Source: Utricularia gibba (lineage: Eukaryota > Plantae > Magnoliophyta). Taken from it: a DNA stretch of 64,000 nt. Below, piece after piece: positions 25,960 to 39,200 of this stretch. Under the pieces are notes generated by a model. The model was not told where the DNA came from. It saw nothing but the letters and a program-made list of their open reading frames with translations, and searched no databases. The first letter of the stretch is position 1. Each line of letters begins with the position of its first letter. Position numbers and translations under genes: made by a program. The stretch covers positions 3,844,001 through 3,908,000 of the forward strand of contig CM007989.1 in NCBI GenBank assembly GCA_002189035.1, written 5' to 3'.

Positions 25960-26082
25960 TGTAGCAGGGGATTCCTTCTCGCTACTGCTGCTGCTGTGAT
26001 CTCTCTGAAATTGATTCCAGCTCCTGTGGGGAAGGCGGTTATTTGTGGCGATCTTGTGAGTCTTGGGAACGAATCACAGTTC

Positions 26083-26091
26083 GCCACGTGG
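26083..26091. promoter_or_regulatory. G-box in the PsaO/nicalin divergent spacer
   Basis: GCCACGTGG about 125 bp upstream of the PsaO ATG; common in light-regulated promoters. Confidence 0.5.
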
Positions 26092-26336
26092 ATAGATCGG
26101 ATAGCAAGTCAGGGTTCGGATATCGTCTGCGCCGAGTCGGCTTAAAGCATATATATTGATTATATTTATTTTCAGTTAATTAAATTGCTCATTTCGACTT
26201 TTTTTTTTCAATCTTAAAAAAAAACATCATACATCTTAATTACGAAAATGCCAGTATAGTGTGTGGAGTTCGGTTTGGTACTGCACTTGGTCCCTCGGAT
26301 CAAAACCCTCCTGCTCCTCTGGTCTCCGGCGGCTCA

Positions 26337-29300
26337 ATGGCGAGGTGTAAACCAGAGTTAGTGGACCCACTGTACTCCGCCATGGCGTTGCTTGTATTCC
26401 TAGCGGCGTACGTGGAACTCTGCGACGCCGTCGCTGTCCTTGATGTTTACCGACTAGTGCAATACGATCTCTCCGGCGTGCCCTTTGGATCCCGACTCGC
26501 CGCCCTCAACCACCACGCTGGCTCGTCAACACTCGCTTCCTCAGCTGCAGGGGCTGATCTCTCCCGCACTGTACTCATCCTCCCAGTGCGCGACTTGAAT
26601 CTCACCTTCATTGCTGGTTTGTAATTCCTTTCTTTTGTTGCTCAGACAATCATTTTGATTTTCCCCCCTGAAAGTGGGATGCAAGTAGTGTTCCTGGAAT
26701 CACTGTGGAATCTGTAACGGTTTCGCATTTTCTAGCTGTGGAGTTAGGAAGTAGAAAAAGGAATCTTCATTGGCCTAGTTACGTTATGAGTCGCATTTTG
26801 ATGGGGCAAGCTTGTTGTGTATATCCTTATCCTGAGTTGCCGATATTGTAGTGTGAATTTTCTTGTTCTATTGACAGAATACATTGAACAGAAGAAGCCA
26901 CTTGGGGGTCTTTTGCTTTTACTTCCACAAGTATTTAATCCGCAATTCATGGACGCCCAGGGTGGAGTTGATGGTGGTGCAGAAGATGCTACCAAGGACG
27001 TGCTAATTCGTCTAGAACAGTTGTTAATACATTCTACCGTTGCTGTGAGCAATAAAGATTACATTTCGCTTGTTCATGTGGAAATTATTCTATTTTGGAA
27101 TTTTTTTTCGTTGTATGTTACAAATTACTCTTGTTATTGTCCAGTATCCCGTGTACTTTGGATTCGAGGATCAGCACATTAATACGGCGTTGTCTGAGAT
27201 TATGAAAGCTGACGCTAGTGGTCAGCTGGCGACTGCCATGACGGGAGGGTTAGTTATTTTTCTGCTGCTGCTATCTCGGATCCGCTTTTTAAGAAATTTC
27301 TGATGCCTTCTGCTAATATTTCAGTTATAAGCTTGTTGCTGCCGTTCCAGAAGCAAAGAAAATTGTTTCCCCTGCTCTCATTAACATTCAGGTTCCATTT
27401 TTGCCAAATTTAATATGGGATATTATTTGATCATATGGATGACTAAGGCCCTTCATATTTAATGAAGTTTGATTGCTGTATGTTGGCTTTTGAGCCATGA
27501 AAAAGGAATTCATTGGCCTCTCTCGCTGTTCTCTGTACCAAGTGTTATGCTGATTAAATGTGGCATTTCAGGGTTGGCTTCCAGGAACGAAGTCTGATGG
27601 AGATTCAAATCAGCTTCCTACTATTGCCGTAGTTGCATCATATGACACGTTTGGTGCAGCACCAGTAAGCATCTCATCTTAAATTTAATGAGTCAAACCA
27701 AGATTCTGATATAATTTCAACGCTAGTAGACATTATCTGTTGGAAGTGATAGCAATGGGAGTGGTGTCGTGGCGCTTCTGGAAATAGCTAGATTGTTTTC
27801 AATTTTGTATTCAAGTCCAAAGACAAGAGGAAGATATAACTTACTCTTTGTCCTGACTTCTGGTGGGCCATATAACTACAACGGGACTCATAAGGTTCGT
27901 CTTTCCTTGAATCATGTATCATAACTCCTAGTATGCCTGCTTGTTCTTGACTTTAGTGATTACAATGCTCTTACAGTGGCTCCATAGTTTGGATCAACGG
28001 TTGCGAGAGAGTATTGATCATGTTCTCTGCTTAAATAGCATTGGTGTGCTTGAAAGAAAGTTGTGGATGCATGTATCAAAGCCACCAGAGAATGCCTACA
28101 TCAAGAGGATATTTGAGGTAAACATAATTGCGACTATAGCATCTTAAAATCTTTTGTAATATTTGCTGTTTATTAATTTTTAAGTCAAATCTTGCAGGGA
28201 CTAGCTAACATCTCAGAAGAATTAGGGATTGAAGTTGAAGTGAAGCAGAAGAAGATTAATATTTCTAATCCTCGGGTAGCAAATCATATCTTAGATTTTG
28301 GTCTCAATCGTTTATTTTCTGTTTTATTTTTCTTGAAGTTTCAAGGCTTGTCATTGCATGGTTGTTGAAGCCAAGAATGTAATGCTTGCTGTTCTTTAAA
28401 TATTTGTTTTTGTTTTCCTGTTCATGTTTGCTCACATAAATCAGACCTTTTTAAGTTTCCATAGAGCGAGCTTAAGAATCTTCATAGATGCATAATCCCT
28501 TGGTTTGCCTGATCGTTGGCACGTTGTTGCTCAGTAGTGGAAACTGAATTGGTCCGAGTGTGGATTAGTCAACTTGCCGAGATGAATTCATAAGGCTGTT
28601 GCGCTTTCTAGGTGGCGTGGGAGCATGAGCAATTTTCCAGGCTGAGAATTACAGCAGCAACTCTGTCCGGGCTATCTGAAGCACCTGACTTTCTTCACAG
28701 AACTGGAGGTCTGTCTGATGCCAGGTTGTGTGTTATAAAAAAGCACCCTTCCCTTCTTTGAAAACTCTCATTTTTTGAGTTGTCCCATTCTGATCAGTGA
28801 TATACACTGCAGATATTTTGTTGATGAAAACTCATTAAGTCGAGTGGTCAAGTTAGTAGCCGAGAGTCTGGCTGTAAGATTTTCTAGGCTTCATTGTTCT
28901 GTGTGAAACACCCATTCCAACCGATCATATCTTTTACATGTCATTTTTGTTATAAACAGAGATATGTTTATGATCTGGAGGGAAAACAGGTTGATATATT
29001 TGCGGAGGGTACTGGTTTATCAGTAAATCCCTTCTATATACATTCCTGGTTGCAATTTCTATCAGCAACACCTCGTGTGGCGCCATTTATTTCAAAGAAT
29101 GATCATCTTATTTTGGCTCTGAAAAAGGTATATTTTTTTAATCTGTAGTTGTTTTTAGCCTTTTTTATTGTAACATTGTGGTTTCAACCATTTTCTGGTG
29201 AAGGCTTTCTTCTGTTGTTTCGTTTGGTGTTCCTTAGAACTGCACTTAATGATTATGCATGCTATTAGGAATTGGAGGATCATACTTCAGAGGTAAATGT

Positions 29301-29834
29301 GCAACTGGAAGTACTAGATGGGTTGTTCACTTTCTATGGTTCAATCAGCAGCAAATTACATCTATATCAGGTTGTCTATTGTACTCAAACCTGCTGATTT
29401 TTCTACACTATCTTGAATTTAGATTTCACTTCATCATGTGTGCATATTTTGTCATTTCCCAAAGTAGTACGAAGAAACACAAAAAAATTGTACACGAAAA
29501 ATCAAGCTCTCTGTTTCATACGAGAGAAAAAAAAAAGTGTATTCGTTTGTCTAAATGTGTGCTTCTGACATCAGGTCGCAAGTGTGACATTTGACTTGCT
29601 TCTGCTGCTGGTTCTTGGATCATACCTAATAACTCTTTTCACTTTTCTGGTCATCACAACGAGGGTATGATTGTTGAAATCATAAGTGACTTATTTCTGA
29701 CTCGTGTTTAGATTGTTACCAATTATCTCCCACCATGACATAATGTATTAAATTATGGACATTTTCCACAGGGAGTTGATGATCTTATCAGCCTCTTCCG
29801 ACGTCCTGCATCTCACAAAGCGAAAATGACATAA
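26337..29834 (+). CDS. Nicalin (inactive M28 peptidase-like ER membrane protein), multi-exon
   Basis: VYRLVQYDLSGVPFGSR; LPTIAVVASYDTFGAAP|TLSVGSDSNGSGVVALLEIAR; VAWEHEQFSRLRITAATLS; ends DLISLFRRPASHKAKMT*. Confidence 0.92.
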
Positions 29835-32385
29835 TGATAAGGCACGCTTTCTTCCATATGTATACCCCAGGTGTGCTGTTCTTGTGTAGCTGGCTGCCGA
29901 GGTAGGATCTCGGTTACCCACATTGAGTTTGAGTAGTTTTGAAGATGAGTATGCATCCAAGACCCACACATCTTTTTCAAGCCAATTTTAGTCACTTGAG
30001 AATTGAATTTGGAAGATAAGTGATGGTTTGTTGGATATTTCCCACACACACAAAGCCATGATATTGATTTGGTCTAAATCTTTTCATCGTAGTGTTTGCT
30101 TGTTCATGTGCATTCGCCATGTTTCTAAAAATCGATTCAGACAGGGTTCAATCTCCCATTAAGACCAAAACTTGGTATTCATGGTTTGAGGTTCATTGAA
30201 TTTTCACATTACGAAATATTTTAGGTTTGATATCCATCAGATTTGCCTAAAAAGTGATAGAACACTTCACAGCAGGATGCTTGGTTTCCCTCAGATGCCC
30301 GGCATTTGCTCATGTATCTTCAGTAGTTTTGACTGTTTTCGCGTGACCTATTGAAAAGCAGGTCAAAAAAGCATACAACGCACTGATGGTAAGTACATGA
30401 CTTCAGGTATTCCAATGATTGGAAGAACAGGGGCATATAAGCTGGTATGAGGGAATCCCTCCATTCTCTTGGAAGAGGCAGGTCAATAGTTTTTTAGTCG
30501 CCGTACCCAATGTGTTCTCCACATTTCGCTTTCAAGGGGCAACTTCTGTAGAAGCTCAGTGGCCTGTTTCCTCATTCATCCGGAGCTATGGAGTTCCTTG
30601 CTGAAATGTACAGCTGATATGGTCCTCTACTGATCTTAGCCATGCAATTGGATGGTTTTCCAGATTCTGGTGATTCGCAGGGGAAGCACAATTTTGAAGT
30701 AGCCTCCATTACTGTGCAAGTCATTGCCAACTTCTTGATATGGTCACATTTCACCAGTATCCGACTCCCTAAAATGAGCACAACTAAGCAGTAGTTAATG
30801 TATCAGTAAAATGTGAGTCTCATGCGTACATGTCTGCAAGCTATGTACCACAGAGATCTGAACCGGAAGGGCAGGCGAGTCCAACAGAAAGGAGTGATGT
30901 TCAAATGAAGCAGAATGCAAACAAGATACCATATAAAGGGCGAACCACAGCAGGAAAGCAGTAAGTGACAAGGAGCTCAAAATGTATCAGGTGCTGGTTG
31001 GAGCTCCAAGCGACGGTTCACTCTTTCAGGAGGATTTAGAGGTAAGTTTAGTGATATGGATATGTTTGGTTTGCAACCGGGCAAAAATGTATCTGTTTGG
31101 TTTAATTAAGCCATAGATCTACAGCAGCCAAGATGCGTTTATCCCATAAAGAAAGTACCTTTTTACTACGCCCTATCGCATCACAATTAAAAGATCTACA
31201 AACCAGTTGAAGCAGCCTCAGATGGGTTAACAGTTGAACCATTCTGTTTGACTTCATATCCATCATGGAACAAGGACTCCTATGCTAAGATTCAATGTTG
31301 TGATCACAGAAGGCAGTTAAAGGTGTAGCAGCACTTTTTTACGCATTCCCAGCTTTCTGGATTCCCAAGCCACTCCAAAAACTACAAGCTATAAGCAGAA
31401 AATTAGCCTGCAGGAAACATGCTGAAGTTCACACTTCGAATGCTGAACATCTAAAAAGGAAGCAATCAATGCGAAGGTTCCGTATATGAAACCAACTCAG
31501 CTAGACCAACCAACAAGTAGGCAACTCTGTAAGTCCGGTGAGTAAATGGCTGTGTACTTTGTACTTCCCACAACAGATAATTTCAGTGGGAATCCAAAGC
31601 TCTTCTTGGTATGCGAACTCAATTCTGAAAAGGAAATGAAACTGGGAATGACAAGAGGAGCAGTCCCAGGAACACAAGAACAGTGGTTCATATTCCCACA
31701 ACACAGAACAATCTGTGGTGTTGATGAATGAAAACTGAAAAGTAAAAAGCAGGTACACGGGACGTCAATAGTAAAAACAGTAGGCACATAATGACATGGC
31801 CATGTGTAAAACAGGTATTTTTCACCGGGGGTCACACAGCAGAAATGCAGACAGTGAACTAGTTCATGAGAGCATGCTAATACCACACCATGGGATCCAG
31901 CATAACTTGGAGTGTAATGCTGAACTTCTCCAATGAGTACTCTTCAAACCAAAATGATGTAAACTATCATGTGAACAACTAGATGAAGTTGCAGAGCATT
32001 GATCACAGAAGGCAGAAAATGTTCAGCAAGGGTACCAATATGATGTAGCAGGAATATCACATCTATGGATATCAATCATCCAAAATGGAAGAACAGGTTG
32101 TAAATTTGGCACCGGCAGAGGCAAAAGTCCCGAACTTTCTTCAATCTGTGCAAGCAGGCTGGTTTTCAAACATTCCATGATGAAATCAGTGTAAATATGT
32201 GAACAGATGCACCATGTAGCTTGATATTACTTAACCAGGATTTCCATCATGAAGACTCAGAACACAAACTAAAAGATGTACAGGTGAGCATTTTTTTGGT
32301 GAATTGGCTGAAAGAAAGCTATACATAATTTATCAGCAAGAGCCTTTTCTAGGCTAAGGCCAGGTTTCTGGACTTGAACCGAAGA

Positions 32386-33096
32386 TCAATCCAGAAAACC
32401 AGTCTTCCTCCAAACGGCGTTGCGCACCTGCCGTAGATCCCTACCCTTCAGTGTCCGGCCTGCCCCCTCCATAACCGAGGATGACAGAATCGGAGTATTC
32501 CTCGCGGCAACAACCTCGTGGGGTGGCAGGGTCACCCCAATATCCTCCTCATCCTCTCCATCGGAGGCAGCGTCGTCCATCTCTCTTGCTCTCCTCTGGA
32601 GCTCCGTGGGCATCATCGGCACATTCACCGGAGCCGACTGCTGAACCAATCGCCGATTGCCCATCCGCGAAGAGGGAGGCCGCGGAATCTTTATCCTTGA
32701 TGTGGGTGAAACTGAAGAGGAAGCGGACGCCGCAGCGGATACTGATATTCTGCGATTCACAACGGCCGGAACAGTCTCCCCAGACCCACTATCCATACCA
32801 TCACTCAGCACGGCCAAGATCCCGAAATTAGCACGCCTCTCCGCCGAAGTCGACGGGGCTCCCTGTTCTCGATCCTGCGACTGCTCAACTGCGGACGGCG
32901 GAAAATCGTCCGAACTGACGCTGAAAATATCGTCTTCCGAGAGCTCAAAATTCTGCCCGGCCGATGCGGAGAATGACGCCGGCTGGAAGATGCTCAGGTA
33001 TCGATCGAGGGCCGGAATCCTACCCTCGTTCTCCGATCTGCCGAGAGCTGTACCCCCGCCACCAGCGCCGCCGCTGCCGCCATGTCCTCTCTCCAT
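32386..33096 (-). CDS. Senescence regulator S40 (DUF584), intronless
   Basis: ELSEDDIF near the N-terminus; QQSAPVNVP; LPPHEVVAAR...SVMEGAGRTLKGRDLRQVRNAVWRKTGFLD*. Confidence 0.93.
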   Translation of the reverse strand: MERGHGGSGGAGGGGTALGRSENEGRIPALDRYLSIFQPASFSASAGQNFELSEDDIFSVSSDDFPPSAVEQSQDREQGAPSTSAERRANFGILAVLSDGMDSGSGETVPAVVNRRISVSAAASASSSVSPTSRIKIPRPPSSRMGNRRLVQQSAPVNVPMMPTELQRRAREMDDAASDGEDEEDIGVTLPPHEVVAARNTPILSSSVMEGAGRTLKGRDLRQVRNAVWRKTGFLD

Positions 33097-33726
33097 TTTA
33101 GCAGCTGTGTGGAGGGCAGCGTTCAGCACAGATTAACTGATTCTCCAGAGAGGGAGGAATCTGCTGCAGCGCAGATCCCTTGTGCGGCATGATATTTTAA
33201 ACAACATTTTCATTACCTTAATTATCCCTATTTAATACCTACCTCAATTTTAAATATTTTTATGTTTTTTTTAAAAAAATGCATGGATAAGTTTCAAACT
33301 CAATTATAAAATTAATCACTATCAAAATCTAATATTATGGAAGTGACCACAATCCACGTTATATAACAAAAAATGTTAATGCTGAAGAAGATAATAATAA
33401 TCATAAAGTTGTTAATTTTTATTTATTCATAAGATGACAAATTTTATCATATAACATACACAATCACTATTGTAATGTCACATTCTAATAATGGCTAATC
33501 TTATAAATGATCCACCATTTACAAGATTAAGTATGTCAAAGACATAACCTTATTTGTGATAGAATATTCTGTTCATTTATAATAGTGAAAAATTTTATGT
33601 AATAAAAATAGTCATCTTCAATATTATAAATTTTGTTTTCATATATATGAAATAAAAATAGTCATATTCAATATTATTATTTTTTATGTAAGATGAGTAT
33701 TGAAATATGTTGAAATTAAAAATGAT

Positions 33727-34914
33727 TGATGGTAATTATTCAAGTGCACATAAACCGTCGAAATAATAAAATAAGATCGTATACATAAGGAATTTTTATT
33801 GGAATATTTTTTTCAAACAAAGATTCAAAAAAACCGAAAACAAAAGAAAGATTTGGTTTGGAAGACAATAAGAAAAGTGGATTTGGATCTAAGATTCACC
33901 TTACTTGAAACTCGTCCTTGCGTGTGTGCAAACCTTGAGAACTGACCTACTTGCGTAAGTTTTGGAGATGTTATTCTAAAGTAGTACTACTCGATGACCG
34001 TTATAGCATCGTCCCCTGTTTTGTTTGATTATGGAATCAACCACGCCACCAGAGCCATTTCATCTCTTGTGATAACTCACGTTTTCCTTACACCCAAATC
34101 TAATCACTACACCTCGCACCTCGTAGACAGATTAGACATAATGCCTTACCAACGATGTCCGATTGAGCCCTTCTCTTTAGGTGCTTGAAGCCAAACTTTG
34201 ATTCTCCCACACTCCCTTAGGGTCATATGGTACTAAAAATCACGTTGGTAAAGAAAACGTTGCGAAAAACAGAATCATACCTCAAATTAAATGTTGAAAA
34301 ACATGGTAAGACAGTCACACGTGTAGAACTTGCGCAAGCAAGGCGTCACATCAAATACTCAGCTGCAAACGCTCGCACGTGCATGCTTGACTCTAAACAA
34401 CAAAAGTTGATGAAAAACGAAAGATAAGACATCCAAAACATGCTAGACTCAACTCTAAATCCTAATTTGACTCTCTGGTCGTCTACCACTTGACTCCCTC
34501 TTAGGTATTCGCGTTTGGATCTTTATATAATGGTGAGAATTTGTCGGGCTTTCTTGATGGGCTCACATCAAATCTTCTATGCGAATCTTCTAAGATTTGA
34601 TACAAATCTTCTAAGATGAGATCCAAGTTTTCCAAGATAAGATGCGAATCTTATCTTATCTAAGAATCTTTGATCGAGTCTTCATACGGATAGACTAAAT
34701 CTTAGCCTTCATCAAAGTAGCTCGAAAATACTCCAAATTATTCCAAATTAATCCTGAAAAATCACAAAACACACTTTCCTTCCAAAAAGATTAAGGTGGT
34801 ATGAAAGATATATAATTCTTCTAAAAACATAGGAAAATGAGATAAAAAGAATGCAAAACTCATCTAAATGAGTCATAAAAAACACAAATATAAATGACAC
34901 AAAATCAATTTTCA
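33727..34914 (-). mobile_element. Solo LTR (Athila/Tat-like by appearance), about 1.19 kb
   Basis: TG...CA termini flanked by an identical 5-bp ATGAT at 33722-33726 and 34915-34919; no internal coding domains; T-rich start on the minus strand resembles Athila-type LTRs. Confidence 0.65.
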
Positions 34915-35782
34915 ATGATTGAACAATCAAATGTGTAAAACATAATTATATAAAAAATATGAATTATATTCGAAAAAATTGAGATTAATAAATTATATTA
35001 ATTTAATTTTTCGATTTAATATTATTTAATTTAATATTTGATTTAATGTTTGATCTCAAGTCGAATTATTATTTTTTTATCTGATTAAAACTTATTTTGT
35101 TATTTACACGCTAAAGTCATATATCAATTTAATTTTATTTTGATATTATATTAAAATTAACTATTTGACGAGTCTGACAAATAAGTATGAATCTGAATAT
35201 GCAATAAACATAAATCATATTCTAAAAAATTAAATTAAATCAATTAATATTAATACATAATTTTTTTACATATTTGAATATATTAGTTTAATTTTTTTTT
35301 ACATCGAATTGTCTGGTATATAGAATATCCCATGAGCTTGGAATCTTGAATGGAATCTTCAAAGATAACTTTTTATCATCAACACAAGTGATGATAATGA
35401 CTCACAAAAGGTGGATTCGCAGACAAGGAGGAAACTTGGTCTGCGAATGGGCATCAAGATAAGAAGATGAGCCAATCAAACAGATATATTCTTAGCTCAT
35501 CTAGATGCTGTCATGAGTTGGAGCCTGGAGGGTTGTCCTTCATTTTTCACTTACACTGTATGAGGTTGCATGCGTTTCTGTCGGAAACGATGAGTAAATA
35601 GAATGTATGAAGAGATGGGAACTCTGTGGGTGGAATAATGGCTCTGGTGTTCAACAGGTAAAAAGTGAAATCGCAGTTACAGAGAGCATGAACAACAACT
35701 GTTGCATTGTGGGGGTAAAAGGGGAGTGAATTTGTGTTTTGATGGTGTTGTGGCGCAGCGGCATTGCCGGGATGACAGTGGC

Positions 35783-36418
35783 TCAGAGATGAGTGTCGTC
35801 TCCATGAACTTCTTCTTGCTCCGTCTCAGCTTCTTCATCGTCGGAGTGAACCAACTGCAGAGTCAGCCGCCCGTTTTCTCTGAATGCGTGCAGGAATTCA
35901 CGAGTTGGGATTCTTGTTTCCTTCAAAATGAACCTTCCGTTTTCTCTGTAGCCACTGAAGCGAATCCATGGCTTCCCATTTCTGCCGATGGAGGAAATGG
36001 GCGGTGGGAGTTCTTCTCTTTTCCATTCTGTTGCTCTCTCTGGCTTCAAAACCAACGCTTTTTCACCTGATGTTCTTGCAAAAGCACCGCTTTCTGCTTC
36101 TTCTTCTCGTTTACTCCAGTCTTTATTACAACCGCCGTGTTTTAGTGCATCTTCCACATCGTCGAAGCTCTCAAGTCCCAGACCTTCGGTACAAAGAGAG
36201 AGACTATCGAACATGGTCGTCGGAATCCGAAAACTCACATCGTCCTGGGATTTCTCTTTGAAATGAAGCTCACCAAAGATTTCAGTGAAGGATGAATCAC
36301 CTACAGGCGTTTCTGGCTTGATCTGCTTCCATGGAGACAGTGAGTCTAGAAGTGATTGATTATTTTCCTGCAACGGCTGCTCGAAGACGTGTTCCAGGCC
36401 GCCGCAGGCGGCGGCCAT
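35783..36418 (-). CDS. FANTASTIC FOUR-like protein (DUF3049), intronless
   Basis: SFTEIFGELHF, SLSLCTEGLGLES, LPPPISSIGRNGKPW...RENGRFILKE...FLHAFRENGRLTLQLV. Confidence 0.9.
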   Translation of the reverse strand: MAAACGGLEHVFEQPLQENNQSLLDSLSPWKQIKPETPVGDSSFTEIFGELHFKEKSQDDVSFRIPTTMFDSLSLCTEGLGLESFDDVEDALKHGGCNKDWSKREEEAESGAFARTSGEKALVLKPERATEWKREELPPPISSIGRNGKPWIRFSGYRENGRFILKETRIPTREFLHAFRENGRLTLQLVHSDDEEAETEQEEVHGDDTHL

Positions 36419-37121
36419 AGCTGATAAAAACTCCGAAAATCAAGAGCTCAAATGCTTGATCCCTATAAATGAAATACTTGTGCTTTGGCCCCTGCCACTG
36501 AACCCTTTTGAGCTAGAAATGCACGTGCAAGGCATGACGTGGTAATGTAGTCTACAACTGATGAAACTATTTATTAGGAGCAAAAGAAAGGATTGGGTGG
36601 TTGTGCTGCATCCACCAGGAGGATATGTCTGTCCATAACTTTCTTTATACTCAAGTGGGAAGAACACATTCATAACACATAAAGAGGGATTCCTTATTCT
36701 GAGTTAGCTAGCGCTGAACTTTCTGTGAACTCCTAATCACATTCAGACAGCCATCAAACAGGAAACTGATGTCATCTGTGTGTGAATATAGTTTCAGACC
36801 AACCACATCGAAAGGAGGAAGTTTTAGGATGTTTCCATGCTTGGGATTTTCTTGCTTGGAGGGCCAATTAAACCGCAGCTGCACATTCTGTAATTTCATT
36901 AGGATGTTAAGATCTGGTTCAATGCCTTGTTATGTAACTTGCATCTTCTTTTCTGCAAGCTGGATGTATCATAAAAGCGATTGCATATTCTTGGTGGATC
37001 CTTGTTTGGGTGTGGTTCCTAAAGAAATTGTACTGTTCAGACAAGCATGGTGTTCTTGTAATGATCCTTTGGAATTGATATGGAAAAACAATCCAAGTGT
37101 GGTGTACAAAGCCACAGCATC

Positions 37122-38451
37122 TCAGCAATTTGCTTGCAGCTTACAAACTGCTAAAAGGAACATGAACCAGAAGAATGAATGACAAGTCATGCATCTTCTT
37201 ACATTTGCTGACGAAGCTGAGTAATAATCCATGTTGGGAAGATTGGCTTGTAGCCCAAAGTTGTACACAGGTGAACCATTGGGATAAAACAATCCATAGT
37301 TCCTTTCAGACAGTGGACCTGGCTTTAGATCCTCATTGAACAGGGCAAAAACATATATATCCAATGGCTGTGATGGCGTAGCTGGTGTTCGTTGATCCTG
37401 TTCAATTCTCTTGATCAGATTCCCATTGTAAAGCTGAGCATTTTCAAGTGTAGCTCCGGCTTCATTTGCATCTCCTTTCGATGGCCATCCTGTCTCTGAA
37501 ACCTTAACCTGTATGTCTGTGTGTCCTAGTGCTTTCATTGCTGAGTAAACTGCATCAATCTGCGCATACAACATGTTGTCATAGTGTAGATTTGTTCCAG
37601 GATCGATCGTGCCGTTGTTCGGCTGGAAGAGTGCGTAGTTCAGAGATATCCCTTCCGGGTTGTCCTTGTATGCAAAAAAAGGATATGCGTTGATGAGGAA
37701 GGGAGACCCTGACTGAACATGGAAATCCAGAATGCTCCTGACATAGTCCATGAGATCTTCCCTGAATGCACCAGCAGAAGGTGGGAAAGAGTTTTCCAGG
37801 ATTCCAAAGGAATGAGCTGTGGTGACATAGATCTCCTGGCTCAGGCTGAGCTTTTCAAGAACCCCATGTATTGTCTGCATAGCAGGTAGCAGCAGTGGCA
37901 GGAGGTTTGTATCATGTCCAGTCAATACCTCGTTCCCCACAGTGATGCACTTGATCTTTGTTTCAGGAATGTATGGTTTCACCCTCTGTTGAATCCAAGC
38001 TTCAGCTTGAACGGGATCGGTCATCCTCCAGAGATACTCATTTCCCAGGCCAATCACGAATTCAACATTCGTGTTCGAGAATGCTGCTAAAACGTTTGGA
38101 TCTGCATCATAGAGCTTCACTCTGGTTATGTTGAGTGATCCCAAGAGAAGTGTAACTCTCGATGGAGCTGGAAGGTCATTTGCAATTTGGCCATAGTTGA
38201 TTCCTAGACCAGCCCCCAGAAGGCCCCCAGAAACTCTGCCAACCAAAATAAACAGAACTTGAACATTAGCCTCGCAAAGTTAGCAGAGATCTTCAGAACC
38301 ATCCCGATCGAGCTCCCTTTTTGTGATTTAGAACAACAGCGCAGAAGTTCACGCACATAGGAGCATATTACCTTGGAAATGAAACAGCAAAAGAAGAAGA
38401 GGAACAACCTGGAAGAATCAGGAGCAGGAGGGGCCGGAAGCAGGTGACCAT
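37122..38451 (-). CDS. GH17 beta-1,3-glucanase lacking an X8 domain; 3' end uncertain
   Basis: Signal exon from ATG 38451 joins in phase 2 to GLGINYGQIANDLP; ITVGNEV, VSETGWPS, YVFALFNEDLKPGPLSERNYGLF. Confidence 0.9.
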
Positions 38452-39009
38452 AACAGTGTTTCTGCTGAATACTTCACTGCACCATAAGCTTTTCAGCGCA
38501 CGTCTGTAAGATGCTTTGTGCTGTCTCTAAATCCTGCGATGCTAAATCTGAACTGACATGAAAATAGTACTACACATTAAATGTCCCAACTTTCCATCTG
38601 TGCCTCTGCATAAATACTCCCAAGGTATAAAGCCAGAGTCCAAACTCCTGTTTTCAGGTTTTGTGATCAGATGGGAAGATAAAAAGCAGGAAAATCTTTA
38701 CAAAATAGCTACGACTTTGTGGTCAGCAGGAATCCTGTAGAAGCCTTTATTCTTATTCCTCTACAAAAGATGAAGTAGAAATGCTCATTGTTCTCAGAAA
38801 AGGACTTCCTACAAGCTTTTTGAGGTGGAATTCTGAACGTACATTCAATCTCATCATGTCGCATATGATGCTATGCAACTGCCAATGTTGCACCGGTAAC
38901 TGCCGGACCAACTAAGAGCCTCAAGTCCCATACACGTGCAGATGTTCAGAAAGGAGCTGCAATTTTAAGCAGAGCAAATTGATGTTAAGGACTAAATGGT
39001 TCAAGAAGC

Positions 39010-39200
39010 TTAGTAGAGATACTCTCCTGGTGGGTGTGGATCACACAATATGAAGTCGGGTAGAAGACGCAAGTCAGGAGATGCCCTTCCTCCATCTGGG
39101 CTTCATCTAGAAATGAATCTCCGGATGCCGTCTTCACAGTACAAGTGGAGCAAGCACCAAGAAAAGCTACTGTTCTGATGCAATTTCAATTCCCTTTATA
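39010..39200 (-). pseudogene. Root-type (Fd III/FD3-like) ferredoxin remnant, C-terminal half only
   Basis: [46 protein letters not shown], then a 1-nt loss before (D)LY*; no recognisable intact N-terminal half. Confidence 0.85.

Noticed and set aside
26821-26830. ATATCCTT resembling a U12 5' splice site in nicalin
   Set aside because: Mid-intron, not at an exon boundary.
32178-32315. ATGATGA...CTGA as a possible C/D snoRNA
   Set aside because: No terminal stem or recognisable rRNA guide; such motifs are common by chance.
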